64,000 bases of DNA from Dehalococcoidia bacterium (GCA_963663235.2 CAXXNO010000004.1:576001-640000); one strand, 5' to 3'; counted from the first letter of the stretch, positions 12,077 to 23,366 are shown. Notes: generated by a model from the sequence alone, not told the origin. Numbers and translations are program-made.

Positions 12077-13105
12077 TCACGCGGAGCGCGGGCGCTCGGC
12101 CTCCTCCGTCTCGCTGCGACGCAGATCCTCGAAGAGCGCACGCTGTTCCGGCGTGAGGCTCTCTGGCAGGACGACCCGCACCTTGGCGAAGAGATCGCCC
12201 CGCTTGTCTTGCTCCAGCACCGGCATCCCCTGTCCGGCGAGGCGGAAGACGCGCCCGTTTTGCGTCCCGGCGGGGATGCGCAGCATGACCGAGCCGCGGA
12301 CGGTGGGCACTTGCACCTCGCCGCCCAGGACGGCCATCGTCAGGGGAACCGGCAGGTCCGTGTGCAGGGCGGCGCCCCGCCGCTCGAAGCGAGGGTCGTC
12401 CGCCACCCGGATCGCCAGGACCACGTCTCCGGGCGGCCCCCCGCTGAGCCCGAGACCGCCTTTGCCGCGCAGCCGGATCTTGCTCCCGGTCTCCACGCCC
12501 GCAGGGATCTTGACCTCCAGCCGGTTGCCCGCGGCCGTTCGGCCGGTTCCCCCGCAGGCGTGGCAGGCCGCCATCCCGATGGATCCGGATCCGCCGCACG
12601 TTCCGCAGGGCTCATACGTCTGCAACTGGACGGTCCGGGAGGCGCCCGCCTCTGCCTCCGCCAAGGAGACGGTGACCTCGTGGGTGATGATCTGCCCCTT
12701 TTGCGGGCGGCTCCGTCCGCCGCGGAGGACGCGCTCAAAGATCTGGCCGAAGCCGCCGCCCGCGTCCTCGAAGCCGGCGCCGTCTCCTCCCAAGTCGAAC
12801 TGCCAGCGGCTGCCCCCGGGCGCGTCGAAGCCCGGCGGGAAGCCGCCGTCGCGCTGCATCTTCTCCAGTTGCTCGGCCTGCATCCACTGGTCGCCCCAGC
12901 GGTCGTAGGCGGCGCGCTTCTTCTTGTCGCTCAGGACCTCGTGGGCCTCGTTGATCCCCTTGAAGCGCGTCTCCGCCTTCTCATCGCCCCCGGTCACGTC
13001 CGGGTGATACTTGCGCGCCAGCCGCCGGTAGGCGGTCTGGATCTCCTTCTTGGAGGCGCCCCGGGATATCCCGAGTGTCTGGTAATAGTCGTTGCTGGCC
13101 ACCAA
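12077..13105 (-). CDS. dnaJ: DnaJ/CbpA-type co-chaperone
   Basis: J-domain YHPD, G/F region, two CxxCxGxG repeats, C-terminal domain; start may be GTG at 13102. Confidence 0.88.
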   Translation of the reverse strand: MVASNDYYQTLGISRGASKKEIQTAYRRLARKYHPDVTGGDEKAETRFKGINEAHEVLSDKKKRAAYDRWGDQWMQAEQLEKMQRDGGFPPGFDAPGGSRWQFDLGGDGAGFEDAGGGFGQIFERVLRGGRSRPQKGQIITHEVTVSLAEAEAGASRTVQLQTYEPCGTCGGSGSIGMAACHACGGTGRTAAGNRLEVKIPAGVETGSKIRLRGKGGLGLSGGPPGDVVLAIRVADDPRFERRGAALHTDLPVPLTMAVLGGEVQVPTVRGSVMLRIPAGTQNGRVFRLAGQGMPVLEQDKRGDLFAKVRVVLPESLTPEQRALFEDLRRSETEEAERPRSA

Positions 13106-13151
13106 GTATCTCTCCTGGGGGTATTATAGCTGAGATGCGGACGCCAGTTGT

Positions 13152-13172
13152 ATTGAGTGTATCACTATCATG
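13152..13172. promoter_or_regulatory. HAIR-like HspR operator in the dnaJ/hsp20 divergent promoter region
   Basis: aTTGAGT-N7-TATCAtg versus consensus CTTGAGT-N7-ACTCAAG; minus-strand TATAAT at 13123-13128. Confidence 0.55.
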
Positions 13173-13305
13173 TCTACTGATAATCGCTACTACCTATATA
13201 TGATGCTAACAGACAGAAGGACGCGCGGCCGCGATACCGTCGTCCGAAGCAACCCATAACAATAATGGGGGCAACCGAAAAGCAGTGCTGGAAGGAAATG
13301 TCAGA

Positions 13306-13746
13306 ATGGCGAACGTTGTGGTTCGTGACCCGTTTCACGAAGTGCGCTTGATGATGCGGCGGGCCTTTGAGGACTCGTTCCCCCGGGCCGCCGCCGTGCG
13401 GGGCCCAATCTCCCTCGACGTCTACGAGCGCGACGGGAAGCTCATCGTGGAGGCGCCATTGCCCGGCTTCAAGGCGGACGATGTCCACGTCACCCTGGAG
13501 CAGGGCGCCCTCACCATCAGAGCCGAGCATGAGGAAGCGCAGGAGAGCCAGGGCCAAGAGAACGGCGACGCGGGCGCTTACTTCGTGCGCGAACGCCACC
13601 GCGGCGCCGTCTCGCGCAGCATCCTCATCGGCGACACGTGGAACGCTGATGGCGTGCAGGCGTCCCTCAAAGACGGCCTTCTCACCCTCGAGGTCGAGAA
13701 GCAGCCCGAGGCGCTGCCGAAGGAGATCGCTGTCACCGCGGTCTAA
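13306..13746 (+). CDS. Hsp20/alpha-crystallin small heat shock protein
   Basis: LDVYE, LPGF, LTIRAE, RERHRG, ASLKDGLLTL. Confidence 0.92.
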   Translation: MANVVVRDPFHEVRLMMRRAFEDSFPRAAAVRGPISLDVYERDGKLIVEAPLPGFKADDVHVTLEQGALTIRAEHEEAQESQGQENGDAGAYFVRERHRGAVSRSILIGDTWNADGVQASLKDGLLTLEVEKQPEALPKEIAVTAV

Positions 13747-13769
13747 CGACGGACCTCGGACGACGTCGG

Positions 13770-13803
13770 GCGAGCGCCCCCCGCAGACGCGGGGGGCGCT
13801 CGC
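13770..13803. terminator. Strong hairpin after hsp20 (terminator-like, no U tract)
   Basis: GCGAGCGCCCCCCGC-AGAC-GCGGGGGGCGCTCGC perfect 15-bp stem. Confidence 0.65.
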
Positions 13804-13835
13804 GTTGCCGCCGCGGGCGGTTGACGCCTTGCACC

Positions 13836-14390
13836 ATGCCGCGCCACGCTCTCTCTATGGCCGACCGTGTCATCGCCCTCCTCGTCGACGATGCCGCCCG
13901 CGCTCGGATCGACCTCGTCCGCGCCCTCTACGACCGTGGCGCCGTCGATGTGGTGCCGCCGCACGTGCCCCTGGTCGGTCCGGCCCCGCTCGTCGGCGCC
14001 TTGAGCGCCGTGAAGGACATCATCGCGCTGCTCGTGGGCGCCCATCAGCCCTTCATGCTGGAGCTGGGCGCGGCGGAGCGCGTCTTCGATGGCTCCCGCC
14101 ACCTGCTCCAACTGGTGGCCGGCCAAGGGGCCGAGGACAGCCGCCGCCTGGCGGCTGCTTTGGCCGGCGACCTCCAAGGGCCGCAGGCGCTCCCGGCCGT
14201 GGCCCGCATCGCCCTGACGGTGGGCAGCTTTGAGTCGTCGTCTGCGGCCGACAAAGCGGCCGTGGAGCTCGCCGACCGCCGCTACTTCGTGGTGGTGTCC
14301 CAGGTCGGAATCTTGGAGGAACGCGAAGACGGCGCTTGGTCGCTGGAGCGCACGCTGGCGCTCGGCTCGATTCGAGAGGACGGCGCCTAG
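13836..14390 (+). CDS. Degenerate 2H-phosphoesterase (2'-5' RNA ligase-like) protein
   Basis: PPHVPLV and ALTVG at positions matching the two HxT motifs; C-terminal W..ERTLALG. Confidence 0.5.
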   Translation: MPRHALSMADRVIALLVDDAARARIDLVRALYDRGAVDVVPPHVPLVGPAPLVGALSAVKDIIALLVGAHQPFMLELGAAERVFDGSRHLLQLVAGQGAEDSRRLAAALAGDLQGPQALPAVARIALTVGSFESSSAADKAAVELADRRYFVVVSQVGILEEREDGAWSLERTLALGSIREDGA

Positions 14391-15359
14391 ATGCCGGAGA
14401 TCGCGCAGCACCGCGGGTTGCACGGCGATGTCTTCACCGCCATCGGCGCCACTCCCTTGGTCGAGCTGACGGCGATCCGGCGGCCGCCGGGCGTGCGGCT
14501 CTTCGCCAAGATCGAAGGCGCCAACCCCACCGGCAGCATCAAGGACCGCATCGTCTATCACATGTTGGCGCACGCACGAGAGGAGGGGCGCCTCCAACCG
14601 CGGCAGCCGGTCATCGAGGCGTCCACGGGCAACACCGGCATCGCCCTGGCCATGATGGGGCGCCGCCTGGGGCATCCGGTCCATGTCGTGACGCCGCGCA
14701 ACACCTATCCCCCGATCACGCGGCTTCTGCAGATCTACGGCGCCGCCCTGACCCGCACCCCCGCCGAGGCGGGCGTGAGCGGGGCGATCGCCGAGGCCCG
14801 GCGGCGCGTCGACGAAACCGGCGCCTACTTCCTCGATCAATTTCACGACCCAGCCAACTGCGACACGCACTACGAAACCACGGGCCCCGAGATCTGGGCG
14901 GACCTGCCCGAGGTCAATGTCTTCGTCGCCGGCCTCGGGACCGGCGGCACCCTGACCGGCGCGGGGCGCTATCTCAAAGAGCGGATCCCCACCCTGCGCG
15001 TCGTGGCGGCGGAGGCCCACCCCGCCAGCCAGGTGCAGGGTCTGGCGACCTTCGCCGACGGCTTCGAGCCGCCCATCCTGGACCGCGACCTCCTGCACGG
15101 CAAGATCCTGGTGCGCAGCGCCGACGCCTTCCGCGCCGCACGGGAGCTGGTCACCCAGGAGGGGATCTTCGGCGGCGTGTCGGCCGGCGCGGTCTTGCAC
15201 GCCGCTCGGACCCACGCGGCGCGCAATCCCCCCCGCACCGGCTCGGACCTGATCGTGGTCTGCGTGTTCGCCGACGCCGGCTGGAAGTACCTGGACAGCC
15301 ACCTCTGGCTCCAGGATCCCGCCAAGCACGAAGACCTGGAGGAGACGGTCTGGTGGTGA
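14391..15359 (+). CDS. cysM: PLP-dependent cysteine synthase (CysM-type)
   Basis: IGATPLV, NPTGSIKDR, EASTGNTG, GLGTGGT, EGIFGGVSAG, DAGWKYL. Confidence 0.85.
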   Translation: MPEIAQHRGLHGDVFTAIGATPLVELTAIRRPPGVRLFAKIEGANPTGSIKDRIVYHMLAHAREEGRLQPRQPVIEASTGNTGIALAMMGRRLGHPVHVVTPRNTYPPITRLLQIYGAALTRTPAEAGVSGAIAEARRRVDETGAYFLDQFHDPANCDTHYETTGPEIWADLPEVNVFVAGLGTGGTLTGAGRYLKERIPTLRVVAAEAHPASQVQGLATFADGFEPPILDRDLLHGKILVRSADAFRAARELVTQEGIFGGVSAGAVLHAARTHAARNPPRTGSDLIVVCVFADAGWKYLDSHLWLQDPAKHEDLEETVWW

Positions 15360-15444
15360 GGCTGATGGCGCGCGCGCGGTGGCATATGATGGCGCTCCGG
15401 CCCCGGCCGGTACGAGAGCGCTCCGGGGTGGGGAGGCGCACGCC

Positions 15445-16158
15445 ATGCCCGTGGTGACGATCTCCAGCCAGCGCGGGGCCGGCGCCCGCGAGGTAGGGCA
15501 GGGAGTCGCCGAGCGCCTGCAGCTCGACTACGTCGACCACCAGGTGCTGATCGAGTCGGCCCAAATCCTCGGGGTCACGGTCAATCGCGTGGCCGCCCGC
15601 GACGAGAAGATCGAGTCGCTACGCCAGCGCCTGGGCCACTTCCTAGAGCGGGCCCTGGAGCGGTCGGCGGGGGGCGGGACGGGAGACCCGTTCATCGGGG
15701 CGGGCACGCTGGAGATGATGCTCTCGCAGACCTATCAGGACGTGACCGACGAGGACGGCGCCGTCCGGGTGGACGACAACGCCTATCTCGACACCATCAC
15801 CCGCGTGATCACGGACGTAGCCGACCGCGGCAGCGTCGTGATCGTCGGGCGGGGCAGCCAGATGATCCTCCAGGGGCGGCCCAACACGGTGCATCTGCAA
15901 CTCGTCGCCGATCTGCCGCTGCGGGTCGCCCGGATGCGACAGTGGGAGTCGCTGAACGAGGAGGAGGCGCGCCGCCGCATCAAGGACTTCGACCGCGGCC
16001 GCGCCCGCTTCCACAAACGGTTCTGGAAAATCGACGTGTTGGACCCGCAGCTCTATGACGCCGTGTTGAACACCACGGATCTGAGTTTCGCCGCCGCCGC
16101 GGCAATCGCGACCATGATCGTGCAGGCCCGCGCCAAGACGACGCCGGTCGGCGCCTGA
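15445..16158 (+). CDS. Cytidylate kinase-like family protein
   Basis: VVTISSQRGAGA, VIVGRG, D..RA, YDAVLNT; GGAGG RBS. Confidence 0.85.
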   Translation: MPVVTISSQRGAGAREVGQGVAERLQLDYVDHQVLIESAQILGVTVNRVAARDEKIESLRQRLGHFLERALERSAGGGTGDPFIGAGTLEMMLSQTYQDVTDEDGAVRVDDNAYLDTITRVITDVADRGSVVIVGRGSQMILQGRPNTVHLQLVADLPLRVARMRQWESLNEEEARRRIKDFDRGRARFHKRFWKIDVLDPQLYDAVLNTTDLSFAAAAAIATMIVQARAKTTPVGA

Positions 16159-16165
16159 GCGCCGC

Positions 16166-16450
16166 TCACTCCACCTCACCCAGACAGGAACGCAGCGCCG
16201 CCTCCCCCGCCTCCAGCCGCGCCAGCATGCCGTCGGGGCCGTGGATCTGGAGCCCCTCCGCCGTCGTGGCGTCGCGGGGGCCCATCACCGTCCGGTACCG
16301 CTCCAACGCGGCGTGCGACGGCCCTAGCAGGTCGAGCAGCATCTGCTCGGTGTCGTCACGCCAGCGGAGGTATTCATCGGTCACGGGTCCGGCCGCACGC
16401 AGCCGCCGGATCCGGGCCAGGCTTTCCTCGACCAACTCCAGGCTCCCCAT
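16166..16450 (-). CDS. Hypothetical protein
   Basis: 94-aa helical ORF filling the intergenic space, GAGG RBS. Confidence 0.6.
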   Translation of the reverse strand: MGSLELVEESLARIRRLRAAGPVTDEYLRWRDDTEQMLLDLLGPSHAALERYRTVMGPRDATTAEGLQIHGPDGMLARLEAGEAALRSCLGEVE

Positions 16451-16529
16451 GTCGCTGCCTCAAGGTCGCGGTCCTGGTTTCGCGACGGAGTATAGCGGCG
16501 CGCCTCCCGACGAAGGCGGGCCTCACCTG

Positions 16530-17141
16530 CTACGACGCCGGCGCCTCCGCCGTCTGATCCCGGACCACCAGTCGGGTGCGCCGGCGATGCCTGTCGCGCA
16601 GCACCGCGAGCCGCTCGCCGTACTCGCGGCTGGATACGCCGTCCACGGTCAGGATCAAGGCGTCCTCGTGGTTGTCGGCGTAGTACCGCTTGCGCCGGCC
16701 CACTTGCTGGAGGCCGTACTTGTGATAGAGGCGCAGCGCCGGCACGTTCGATTCCCGGCACTCCAGCGTCACTCGATCGGCGCCGACTTCGCGGGCCAGC
16801 TCCGCCGCCCGCTGCACCAGGAGCTCGCCCAGGCCGCGTCGCTGCTGCGCGGGATCGACCGCCACGGTGACAATGTGCACCTCATCGGGGAGCGCCCAAA
16901 GGCCGATGTAGCCGCAGGCCGCTTCACCACGGTCCGGCTTGAGCACGAAGTAGCGCGCCAGCCGGTTCTCGTCTAACTCCTGATGGAAGGCGCTGGCCGG
17001 CCACGCATCGCCGCCGAAGGCGCGTGTTTCGATCGCCACGACGTCGGCGATGTCGGTGCTCCGCATGGGCCGCAGGCAGTAGGCGCGTTCGCTCTTCGGC
17101 ACGGATATTGCCTCGCTGGCGCCGTCGCCCCCCGTCTCCAC
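16530..17141 (-). CDS. rimI: Ribosomal-protein-alanine N-acetyltransferase RimI
   Basis: GNAT motifs VAVDPAQQRRGLG, LECRESNVPALRLY, RKRYY..NHEDA; start uncertain. Confidence 0.88.
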   Translation of the reverse strand: METGGDGASEAISVPKSERAYCLRPMRSTDIADVVAIETRAFGGDAWPASAFHQELDENRLARYFVLKPDRGEAACGYIGLWALPDEVHIVTVAVDPAQQRRGLGELLVQRAAELAREVGADRVTLECRESNVPALRLYHKYGLQQVGRRKRYYADNHEDALILTVDGVSSREYGERLAVLRDRHRRRTRLVVRDQTAEAPAS

Positions 17142-17220
17142 CAGTCTATCGACTGACGGCTCCGGCGCGGGCGCACCCAGCCGCTACACTCGATGCACCG
17201 CCGTTCCGCGGCCAACCGCC

Positions 17221-19077
17221 ATGCCCAGTCCAACGACAACCGCGATCGACCAGAGCGCGACGCCCGACGCCGGCAGCCCCAAGGTGCTGCGACGGTTGAT
17301 CCGGTTCGCCGTGCCGTACTGGCCGCGCCTGATCGCGGTGGCGCTGCTGCTGGTCGGCTCGGGCGCCTTCGTCATCGCCGTGCCCGAGTTGGTGAAGTGG
17401 GCCATCGACTCCGGTCTCGGCGTCAAGGTGGGGGACGACACCGTCCGCGTGGCGGTCGATGAGACGCTGCTGGTGGTGGCCGGCCTGGCCATCCTCGGCG
17501 CGGCGGTACTCCGGGGCCTGTCCCAGTTCGGCCAGAGTTATCTGTCGGAATGGGTGGCGCAGCGCGTCGCCTACGACATCCGCAATCGCCTCTATCACCG
17601 CTTGCAGACGCTATCGTTCGCGTACCACGACACTGCGGAGACCGGCCAGATCATGTCGCGCGCGACGCAGGACGTGGAAGTCGTGCGCATGTTCCTGAAC
17701 TTCGGCGGGCTGCGGCTGATCTACGTGATGCTGCTGATGGCCGTGGTGCTGGTCCTCATGCTGGCCACGCACTGGCAACTGGGCCTGGTCGGCTGGGGCT
17801 TCATGGCGCTCATCTGCTGGCGCTCGTTCGTGGTGGCCCGCACCCTGCGGCCCGTCTGGCTGGAAGTCCAGGAGGGACAGGCCCGCCTCGGCGCCGTCTT
17901 GCACGAGGCGCTGACCGGCATCCGCGTGGTCAAAGCGTTCTCGCGCGAGGAGTTCGAGAGTCGGCGCTTTGGGCGCGAGGCCGCCTGGCTGTACGACCGA
18001 TCCTTCCTCGCCAGCCGGATCCAAGCGGTGAACGGCCCCCTGATGACCGGGGTCTGGATGGGCGCGATGGTCGTGACCATCTGGTGGGGCGGCGTCCTGG
18101 TGGCCCAAGGCACTCTCACGCTGGGGGACCTCTCGGCCTTCCTGCTCTACCTGACGCTCTTGCAGGGCCCGGTGCGTAGCCTCGGCTGGATGGTGACCAT
18201 GGTGCCGCGCGCCGCCTCCGCCGGCACGCGCATCTTCGAGATCCTCGATCAGGAGTCGGCGGTCCGTGAGCGACCGGACGCGATGCCGCTGCTCAATCCG
18301 CGCGGCGCCATCCGCTTCGACGACGTGTCCTTCGCCTACGCCGACCGCAGCCCCGTCCTCCACGGCGTCAGCCTTGATGCGCGGCCTGGCGAGCTGATCG
18401 CGCTGCTGGGGCGCACCGGCTCCGGCAAGACCACGATCGTCAACCTGCTCTCGCGCTTCTACGACGTCAGCGCCGGCGCCGTCACCTTCGACGCCATCGA
18501 TGTCCGCGCGCTCCAGCTCGACTCTCTGCGGCGGCGCGTGGCGGTGGTACAGCAGGACGTGTTCCTCTTCCCGGCGACCATCGGCGACAACATCGCCTAC
18601 GGCCGCCCCGACGCGACGCCGGAGGAGGTGGCGGCGGCGGCCAAGGTGGCGCGCATTCACGACTACATCACCACGATGCCGCACGGCTACGACACCTGGG
18701 TGGGGGAGCGGGGCGTGACGCTCTCAGGCGGGCAGCAACAACGGCTGGCCATCGCTCGGGCGCTGCTGATGGACCCGCGGGTTCTGGTCCTGGATGACTC
18801 CACCTCCAGCGTGGATAGCAAAACCGAGTCGGAGATCCAGCAGGCCCTGGCCCTCCTGCGCGAAGGCCGCACGACCTTCGTGATCGCGCACCGGCTGCAT
18901 ACCGTGCGCGACGCCGACCAGATCCTGGTCCTGGATGAGGGCCGCATCGTGGAGCGAGGCCGCCACGCGGAGCTGCTGCGGCGGGACGGCCTCTACCGGC
19001 GGATCTACGACACCGAGCTGCGCGCGCAGGAGACGGTGGACCGAGGGGCGGTCGCTGCCGCCGGGGGGTCGGGCTGA
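17221..19077 (+). CDS. ABC exporter, fused permease/ATPase (heterodimer subunit 1)
   Basis: TMD; GRTGSGKT; LSGGQQQR; degenerate Walker B LVLDD. Confidence 0.92.
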   Translation: MPSPTTTAIDQSATPDAGSPKVLRRLIRFAVPYWPRLIAVALLLVGSGAFVIAVPELVKWAIDSGLGVKVGDDTVRVAVDETLLVVAGLAILGAAVLRGLSQFGQSYLSEWVAQRVAYDIRNRLYHRLQTLSFAYHDTAETGQIMSRATQDVEVVRMFLNFGGLRLIYVMLLMAVVLVLMLATHWQLGLVGWGFMALICWRSFVVARTLRPVWLEVQEGQARLGAVLHEALTGIRVVKAFSREEFESRRFGREAAWLYDRSFLASRIQAVNGPLMTGVWMGAMVVTIWWGGVLVAQGTLTLGDLSAFLLYLTLLQGPVRSLGWMVTMVPRAASAGTRIFEILDQESAVRERPDAMPLLNPRGAIRFDDVSFAYADRSPVLHGVSLDARPGELIALLGRTGSGKTTIVNLLSRFYDVSAGAVTFDAIDVRALQLDSLRRRVAVVQQDVFLFPATIGDNIAYGRPDATPEEVAAAAKVARIHDYITTMPHGYDTWVGERGVTLSGGQQQRLAIARALLMDPRVLVLDDSTSSVDSKTESEIQQALALLREGRTTFVIAHRLHTVRDADQILVLDEGRIVERGRHAELLRRDGLYRRIYDTELRAQETVDRGAVAAAGGSG

Positions 19078-21008
19078 TGTTCGGCGGGAACATGGCCGGG
19101 GGCTGGTCGAAGGATCTCGGCGGTCGTGGCTGGGGCGGCCAGCGGGAGCATTCGGACCAGTGGGAGGAGAGGCTCGGCTCCGTCTACGATCCGGCGGTCA
19201 CCCGCCGCCTGACGAAGTACCTGCGGCCGCACAAGGGCCTCGCCTTGGTGGCGCTCGTCTCTATGGTGCTGTATGCGGCGGCCTCGTACGTGCAGCCGCT
19301 CTTGATCGCCCTGGCAGTGCGCGATTTCATCGCCCGCGGCAACCTTTCCGGCCTCGCTTGGCTGATGACCGCGCTGATCGCGGTGGTCATCGTGGCCTGG
19401 ACCGCGGAGTTCGTGCGCCAGTGGTCCACGGCGCGCGTGGGGCATTCCATCCTGCTGCGGCTGCGCCGCGAGTTGTTCGACCATCTCCTCTCGCTCTCGC
19501 CCCGGTTCTACGACGAGGCCGAGGTGGGGCGCGTCATGTCGCGGGTCACCTCGGATGTGCAGGTGCTGCAGGAGCTGCTCACGACCGGCGTCTTGACGGT
19601 GATCGCCGACTTCATCGGCCTGGCCATCGTGATCTCGGCGCTCCTGTTCCTCGACTGGCAACTGGCGCTCGTGACCTTCGCGGTCATCCCCGTGCTGGTG
19701 ATCAGCATGCGCGTCTGGTCGCGCCGCGCACGCTCGGCCTTCGTCGACGTGCGCCGGGCGATTGCGGCCGTGAACGGCTCCCTGAACGAAAACCTCAGCG
19801 GCGTGCGCGTGGTGCAGAGTCTCCGCCGCGAGGACGAGAACGCGCGGCGCTTCGACGAGATCAACCGCACCCACCTGGAGGCCAACCGGCGCGCGGGCTG
19901 GCTCTCCGCCTCGGTGCTGCCGCTGGTGGAGGTCCTGACGGCCGTGGCGACGGCCGCGGTGATCATCGTGGCGGGTGTGCGGCTGGCCGATGGCAGCCTG
20001 GACCCCGCGACGGGCGTGGCCGTCGTGGTCGGCTTCACGCTCTACATCCAGCGCTTCTTCGATCCCGTCCGCGACCTGGTGCTCCAGTACACCATGTTCC
20101 AGCGCGCCGTCGCCGGCGCCGAGCGCATCTTCCAGGTGCTCGATACGCTTCCCGCCATCGTCGACCGCCCCGGCGCGGTCGATCCCGCCGACATCCGCGG
20201 CGAGGTTGAGTTCCGCAACGTCTCCCTCTCCTACGTGCCCGGGGTGGAGGTGCTCCACAACATCCGCCTGCACGTGCAACCCGGCGAGACGGTGGCGATC
20301 GTGGGGCCGACGGGAGCCGGCAAGACGTCGTTGACCGCGCTCATCGCCCGCAACTACGACGTCAGCGCGGGCGCCGTCCTGGTCGACGGCCACGAGGTGC
20401 GCGAGATCCGCCGTCGCGCCTTGACCGGCCGCATGGGGGTGGTCTTGCAGGAGCCGTTCCTCTTCTCCGGCACAGTGCGGGAGAACATCCGCTACGGCCG
20501 CCTCGACGCGACGCAGACCGACGTCGAGGACGCGGCCCGCGCGGTCGGCGCGCACGACTGGATCCGCCGCCTGCCGGACGGGTACGACACCTACCTGCAC
20601 GAGCGCGGGCAGAACCTCTCCGTGGGCCAGCGCCAGCTGCTTGCCTTCGCGCGGGCGGTGATCGCCGACCCGCGCATCCTGATCCTGGATGAGGCCACCG
20701 CCAACGTGGACTCCGAGACGGAGGCCTTGATCCAGCGCGCCCTGCGCCGCATCCTCCCGGGCCGCACGTCGTTCGTCATCGCGCATCGCCTCAGCACGAT
20801 CCGCGACGCCGACCGCGTGCTGGTGATGCAGGAAGGCCGCATCGTCGAGTCCGGCACGCACGACGAGTTGCTGGCGGCCGGCGGCCTCTACGCGGAGCTG
20901 TACCGCCTCACCTACGCGGACCAGGAGCAACAGACCTTCGACGACAGCGAAGCGCTGGCCATCCTCCGCCGGCTGCATCAGCGCACCGCGCCGCAGCCGT
21001 CCGGCTAG
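19077..21008 (+). CDS. ABC exporter, fused permease/ATPase (heterodimer subunit 2)
   Basis: GPTGAGKT; LSVGQRQ; ILDEATA; AHRLST; 1-bp overlap with subunit 1. Confidence 0.92.
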   Translation: MFGGNMAGGWSKDLGGRGWGGQREHSDQWEERLGSVYDPAVTRRLTKYLRPHKGLALVALVSMVLYAAASYVQPLLIALAVRDFIARGNLSGLAWLMTALIAVVIVAWTAEFVRQWSTARVGHSILLRLRRELFDHLLSLSPRFYDEAEVGRVMSRVTSDVQVLQELLTTGVLTVIADFIGLAIVISALLFLDWQLALVTFAVIPVLVISMRVWSRRARSAFVDVRRAIAAVNGSLNENLSGVRVVQSLRREDENARRFDEINRTHLEANRRAGWLSASVLPLVEVLTAVATAAVIIVAGVRLADGSLDPATGVAVVVGFTLYIQRFFDPVRDLVLQYTMFQRAVAGAERIFQVLDTLPAIVDRPGAVDPADIRGEVEFRNVSLSYVPGVEVLHNIRLHVQPGETVAIVGPTGAGKTSLTALIARNYDVSAGAVLVDGHEVREIRRRALTGRMGVVLQEPFLFSGTVRENIRYGRLDATQTDVEDAARAVGAHDWIRRLPDGYDTYLHERGQNLSVGQRQLLAFARAVIADPRILILDEATANVDSETEALIQRALRRILPGRTSFVIAHRLSTIRDADRVLVMQEGRIVESGTHDELLAAGGLYAELYRLTYADQEQQTFDDSEALAILRRLHQRTAPQPSG

Positions 21009-22096
21009 GCGGGCGGCGAGTCGGATCCGTCGCCGCCGGGCGGCCCCGCCGCGAACAGCGACGGCTGCCCTCCTGCGCCGGGCGCTGCGACTCCGAGGTA
21101 CTCGAATGCGGCCCGCGTCGCCACCCGCCCGCGCGGCGTGCGCTGGAGGAACCCGAGCTGGAGCAGGTAGGGCTCGTAGACGTCCATGACGGTGTCCGCC
21201 TCCTCCGCGATGGAGGAGGCCAGTGTCTCCAGTCCCACCGGCCCGCCCTCGAACCGCTCCACGAGCGCCTGCAAAAGGGCGCGGTCGCGGTTGTCCAAGC
21301 CCAGACTGTCGATCTCCAGCCGCACGAGCGCCTCTTCCGCCACCGCCTCCGTGATGGACCCCGCCGCCCGTACCTCCGCGTAGTCACGGGCCCGGCGTAA
21401 TAGGCGATTGGCCACCCGGGGCGTTCCGCGGGACCGCTCGGCCAGGAGTTGGGCGCCTTCCTCGCTGATGGGGACGCGGAGTTTGGCGGCGTTGGCCCGC
21501 ACAATCTCCCGCAGGTCGTCGGGCGAGTAGAAGTCCACGCGATGCACCGCGCCGAAGCGGTCGCGCAGCGGCGCGCTCAGGAGCGCGTAGCGGGTCGTGG
21601 CGGCGATCAGCGTGAACGGCTCAATGGCCAGACGCACGCTGCGCGCCCCGGGCCCCTTGCCGATCACCAGATCCAGCGCGAAGTCCTCCATCACCGGGTA
21701 CAGCACTTCCTCCACGCCGTGCGGCAGCCGATGGCACTCGTCGATGAAGAGCACGTCACCCGCTTGCAGCGAGGTGAGGATGCTGGCGAGATCGCCTGGG
21801 CGGGTGATGGCGGGGCCGGAGGTCGGCCGCAGGTTGACGCCCATCTCCGCCGCCACGATGGCCGCCAGCGTGGTCTTGCCCAGCCCCGGCGGGCCGTAGA
21901 ACAGCAGGTGGTCGACGGGATCGCCGCGCCCCTTGGCCGCCGCGATGGCGATCATCAGCGACTCTTTGATCGACGGCAGCCCGACGAACTCGTCCAGACG
22001 GCGGGGCCGCAGCGAACGCCCGGGCGCTTCCTCGTCCTCAGATTGGCGCTCCGGGGCCACGATCCGTTCGCCGGGCTCTCCTCGCTCGCCGCTCAT
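21005..22096 (-). CDS. ruvB: Holliday junction DNA helicase RuvB
   Basis: [55 protein letters not shown]. Confidence 0.96.
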   Translation of the reverse strand: MSGERGEPGERIVAPERQSEDEEAPGRSLRPRRLDEFVGLPSIKESLMIAIAAAKGRGDPVDHLLFYGPPGLGKTTLAAIVAAEMGVNLRPTSGPAITRPGDLASILTSLQAGDVLFIDECHRLPHGVEEVLYPVMEDFALDLVIGKGPGARSVRLAIEPFTLIAATTRYALLSAPLRDRFGAVHRVDFYSPDDLREIVRANAAKLRVPISEEGAQLLAERSRGTPRVANRLLRRARDYAEVRAAGSITEAVAEEALVRLEIDSLGLDNRDRALLQALVERFEGGPVGLETLASSIAEEADTVMDVYEPYLLQLGFLQRTPRGRVATRAAFEYLGVAAPGAGGQPSLFAAGPPGGDGSDSPPA

Positions 22097-22172
22097 AGGC
22101 GAACTATACACGCACAAGTGTTCGATTCTAGGATGGCGGCCCCGCCGCGCTGCGCCCCCGCCGTATTGCGAT

Positions 22173-22784
22173 TTAGCGCGCGGCGCGCGCCATCAGGAGT
22201 GCGTTCCGCGCCTCCAGGCCCGAGGGGTGGACCAGCCGTCCCGCGCTGAGGTGCGCCGCCAGGTCCCGCTCCAGGAAGCTGAGCAAGGCGCTCTCGGGAT
22301 CCGACTCCGCCAGGTCGCGCACGGCCCGCAGGTCGGGATCCGCCGCGAGCTTCTCTGGCTCGATCTTGTCGGCCAGGAAGACGGTCGTGGCCAGCAGTGA
22401 CATGCCGGGATGCGCGGTGGTGTGCCAGTGCATCGCCTCCAGCACCTCGGCGTCCTCGATCGACCAGGCCTGACGCGCCGTCGCTGCTGCCACCGGGCCG
22501 TGCAGCAGCAACGGCTTGGCCCGTTCCACGGGACCAATCGGGAGCCCCAGCCCTTCGGCGGCGCGCAGCAGCTCCGCGTCGCTCTGGGCGCGGAAGAGGT
22601 CGTGCCCCCAGGCGGCCGCCGCGACCCGATCCGGATCCAGCTCGTAGCGCTGCGCCAGACGACGCGCTTCGCTCACCACCCGGCCCAGGTGTCCGCGCAG
22701 CCAGTCGGGGAGATCCTGTGCCCGCGCCCGCATCGCCTCCGCGGCGGCGCAATCGGCGGTCGACGCCGCCTCGGCCTTGCTCAT
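22173..22784 (-). CDS. yqeK: HD-domain YqeK-like symmetrical Ap4A hydrolase
   Basis: H..RV, GHDL, LLHGP, HTT, LADKIEP. Confidence 0.8.
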   Translation of the reverse strand: MSKAEAASTADCAAAEAMRARAQDLPDWLRGHLGRVVSEARRLAQRYELDPDRVAAAAWGHDLFRAQSDAELLRAAEGLGLPIGPVERAKPLLLHGPVAAATARQAWSIEDAEVLEAMHWHTTAHPGMSLLATTVFLADKIEPEKLAADPDLRAVRDLAESDPESALLSFLERDLAAHLSAGRLVHPSGLEARNALLMARAAR

Positions 22785-23128
22785 CCCTCGGGACCCAGCC
22801 GCCGCCCGCCCAGGAGGTGCAGATGGAGATGATCGATCGTCATTCCCGCGGCCTCGCCGACGTTGAAGGCCAGGCGGTAGCCGTCCTCATAGACTCCCTC
22901 CAGCCGAGCCGCCGCGTTGGCCCGGTCGAAGAGGTGGCCCAGCAGGTCGCCGTGCGCCGGGGTGAGCGCCTTCGCCGACTCGATGTGCTGCTTGGGGATG
23001 AGCAGCACGTGGACCGGCGCGCGGGGGTTGATGTCCCGCACGGCCAGCACGTGCTCGTCGTCGATCAGCGGCTCGGTCGGGATCTCCCCGGCCACCATTC
23101 GGCAGAACAGACAGTCCGGCTCGGTCAT
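22781..23128 (-). CDS. Histidine triad (HIT) nucleotide-binding protein
   Basis: DCLFC, DINPRAPVH, HLHLHLLGG. Confidence 0.93.
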   Translation of the reverse strand: MTEPDCLFCRMVAGEIPTEPLIDDEHVLAVRDINPRAPVHVLLIPKQHIESAKALTPAHGDLLGHLFDRANAAARLEGVYEDGYRLAFNVGEAAGMTIDHLHLHLLGGRRLGPEG

Positions 23129-23366
23129 GGCGCTGCCTTTGGCGACGGCCGCCTGTGCTCTCGCGGGAGCCTACCGGCGCCCCGATGCCCGGTCCAGCGC
23201 CGGGTCCAGCGCCGCGCCGGGTTCAGGGGCGCGCCCGGCGTCGCGAAGCCCGCCCCGCCCGCTCGATCACAACAGCAGCGAGGCCCGGTCGCAAGACCGG
23301 GCCTCGTCTTGTGCTGGCCACCCCGCCACCAAACGGGTCTGCCGGCCACTGGACGCGAATACTACT

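Noticed and set aside
17221-19077. Walker B Asp instead of Glu suggesting a dead transporter
   Set aside because: A normal degenerate site in heterodimeric ABC exporters
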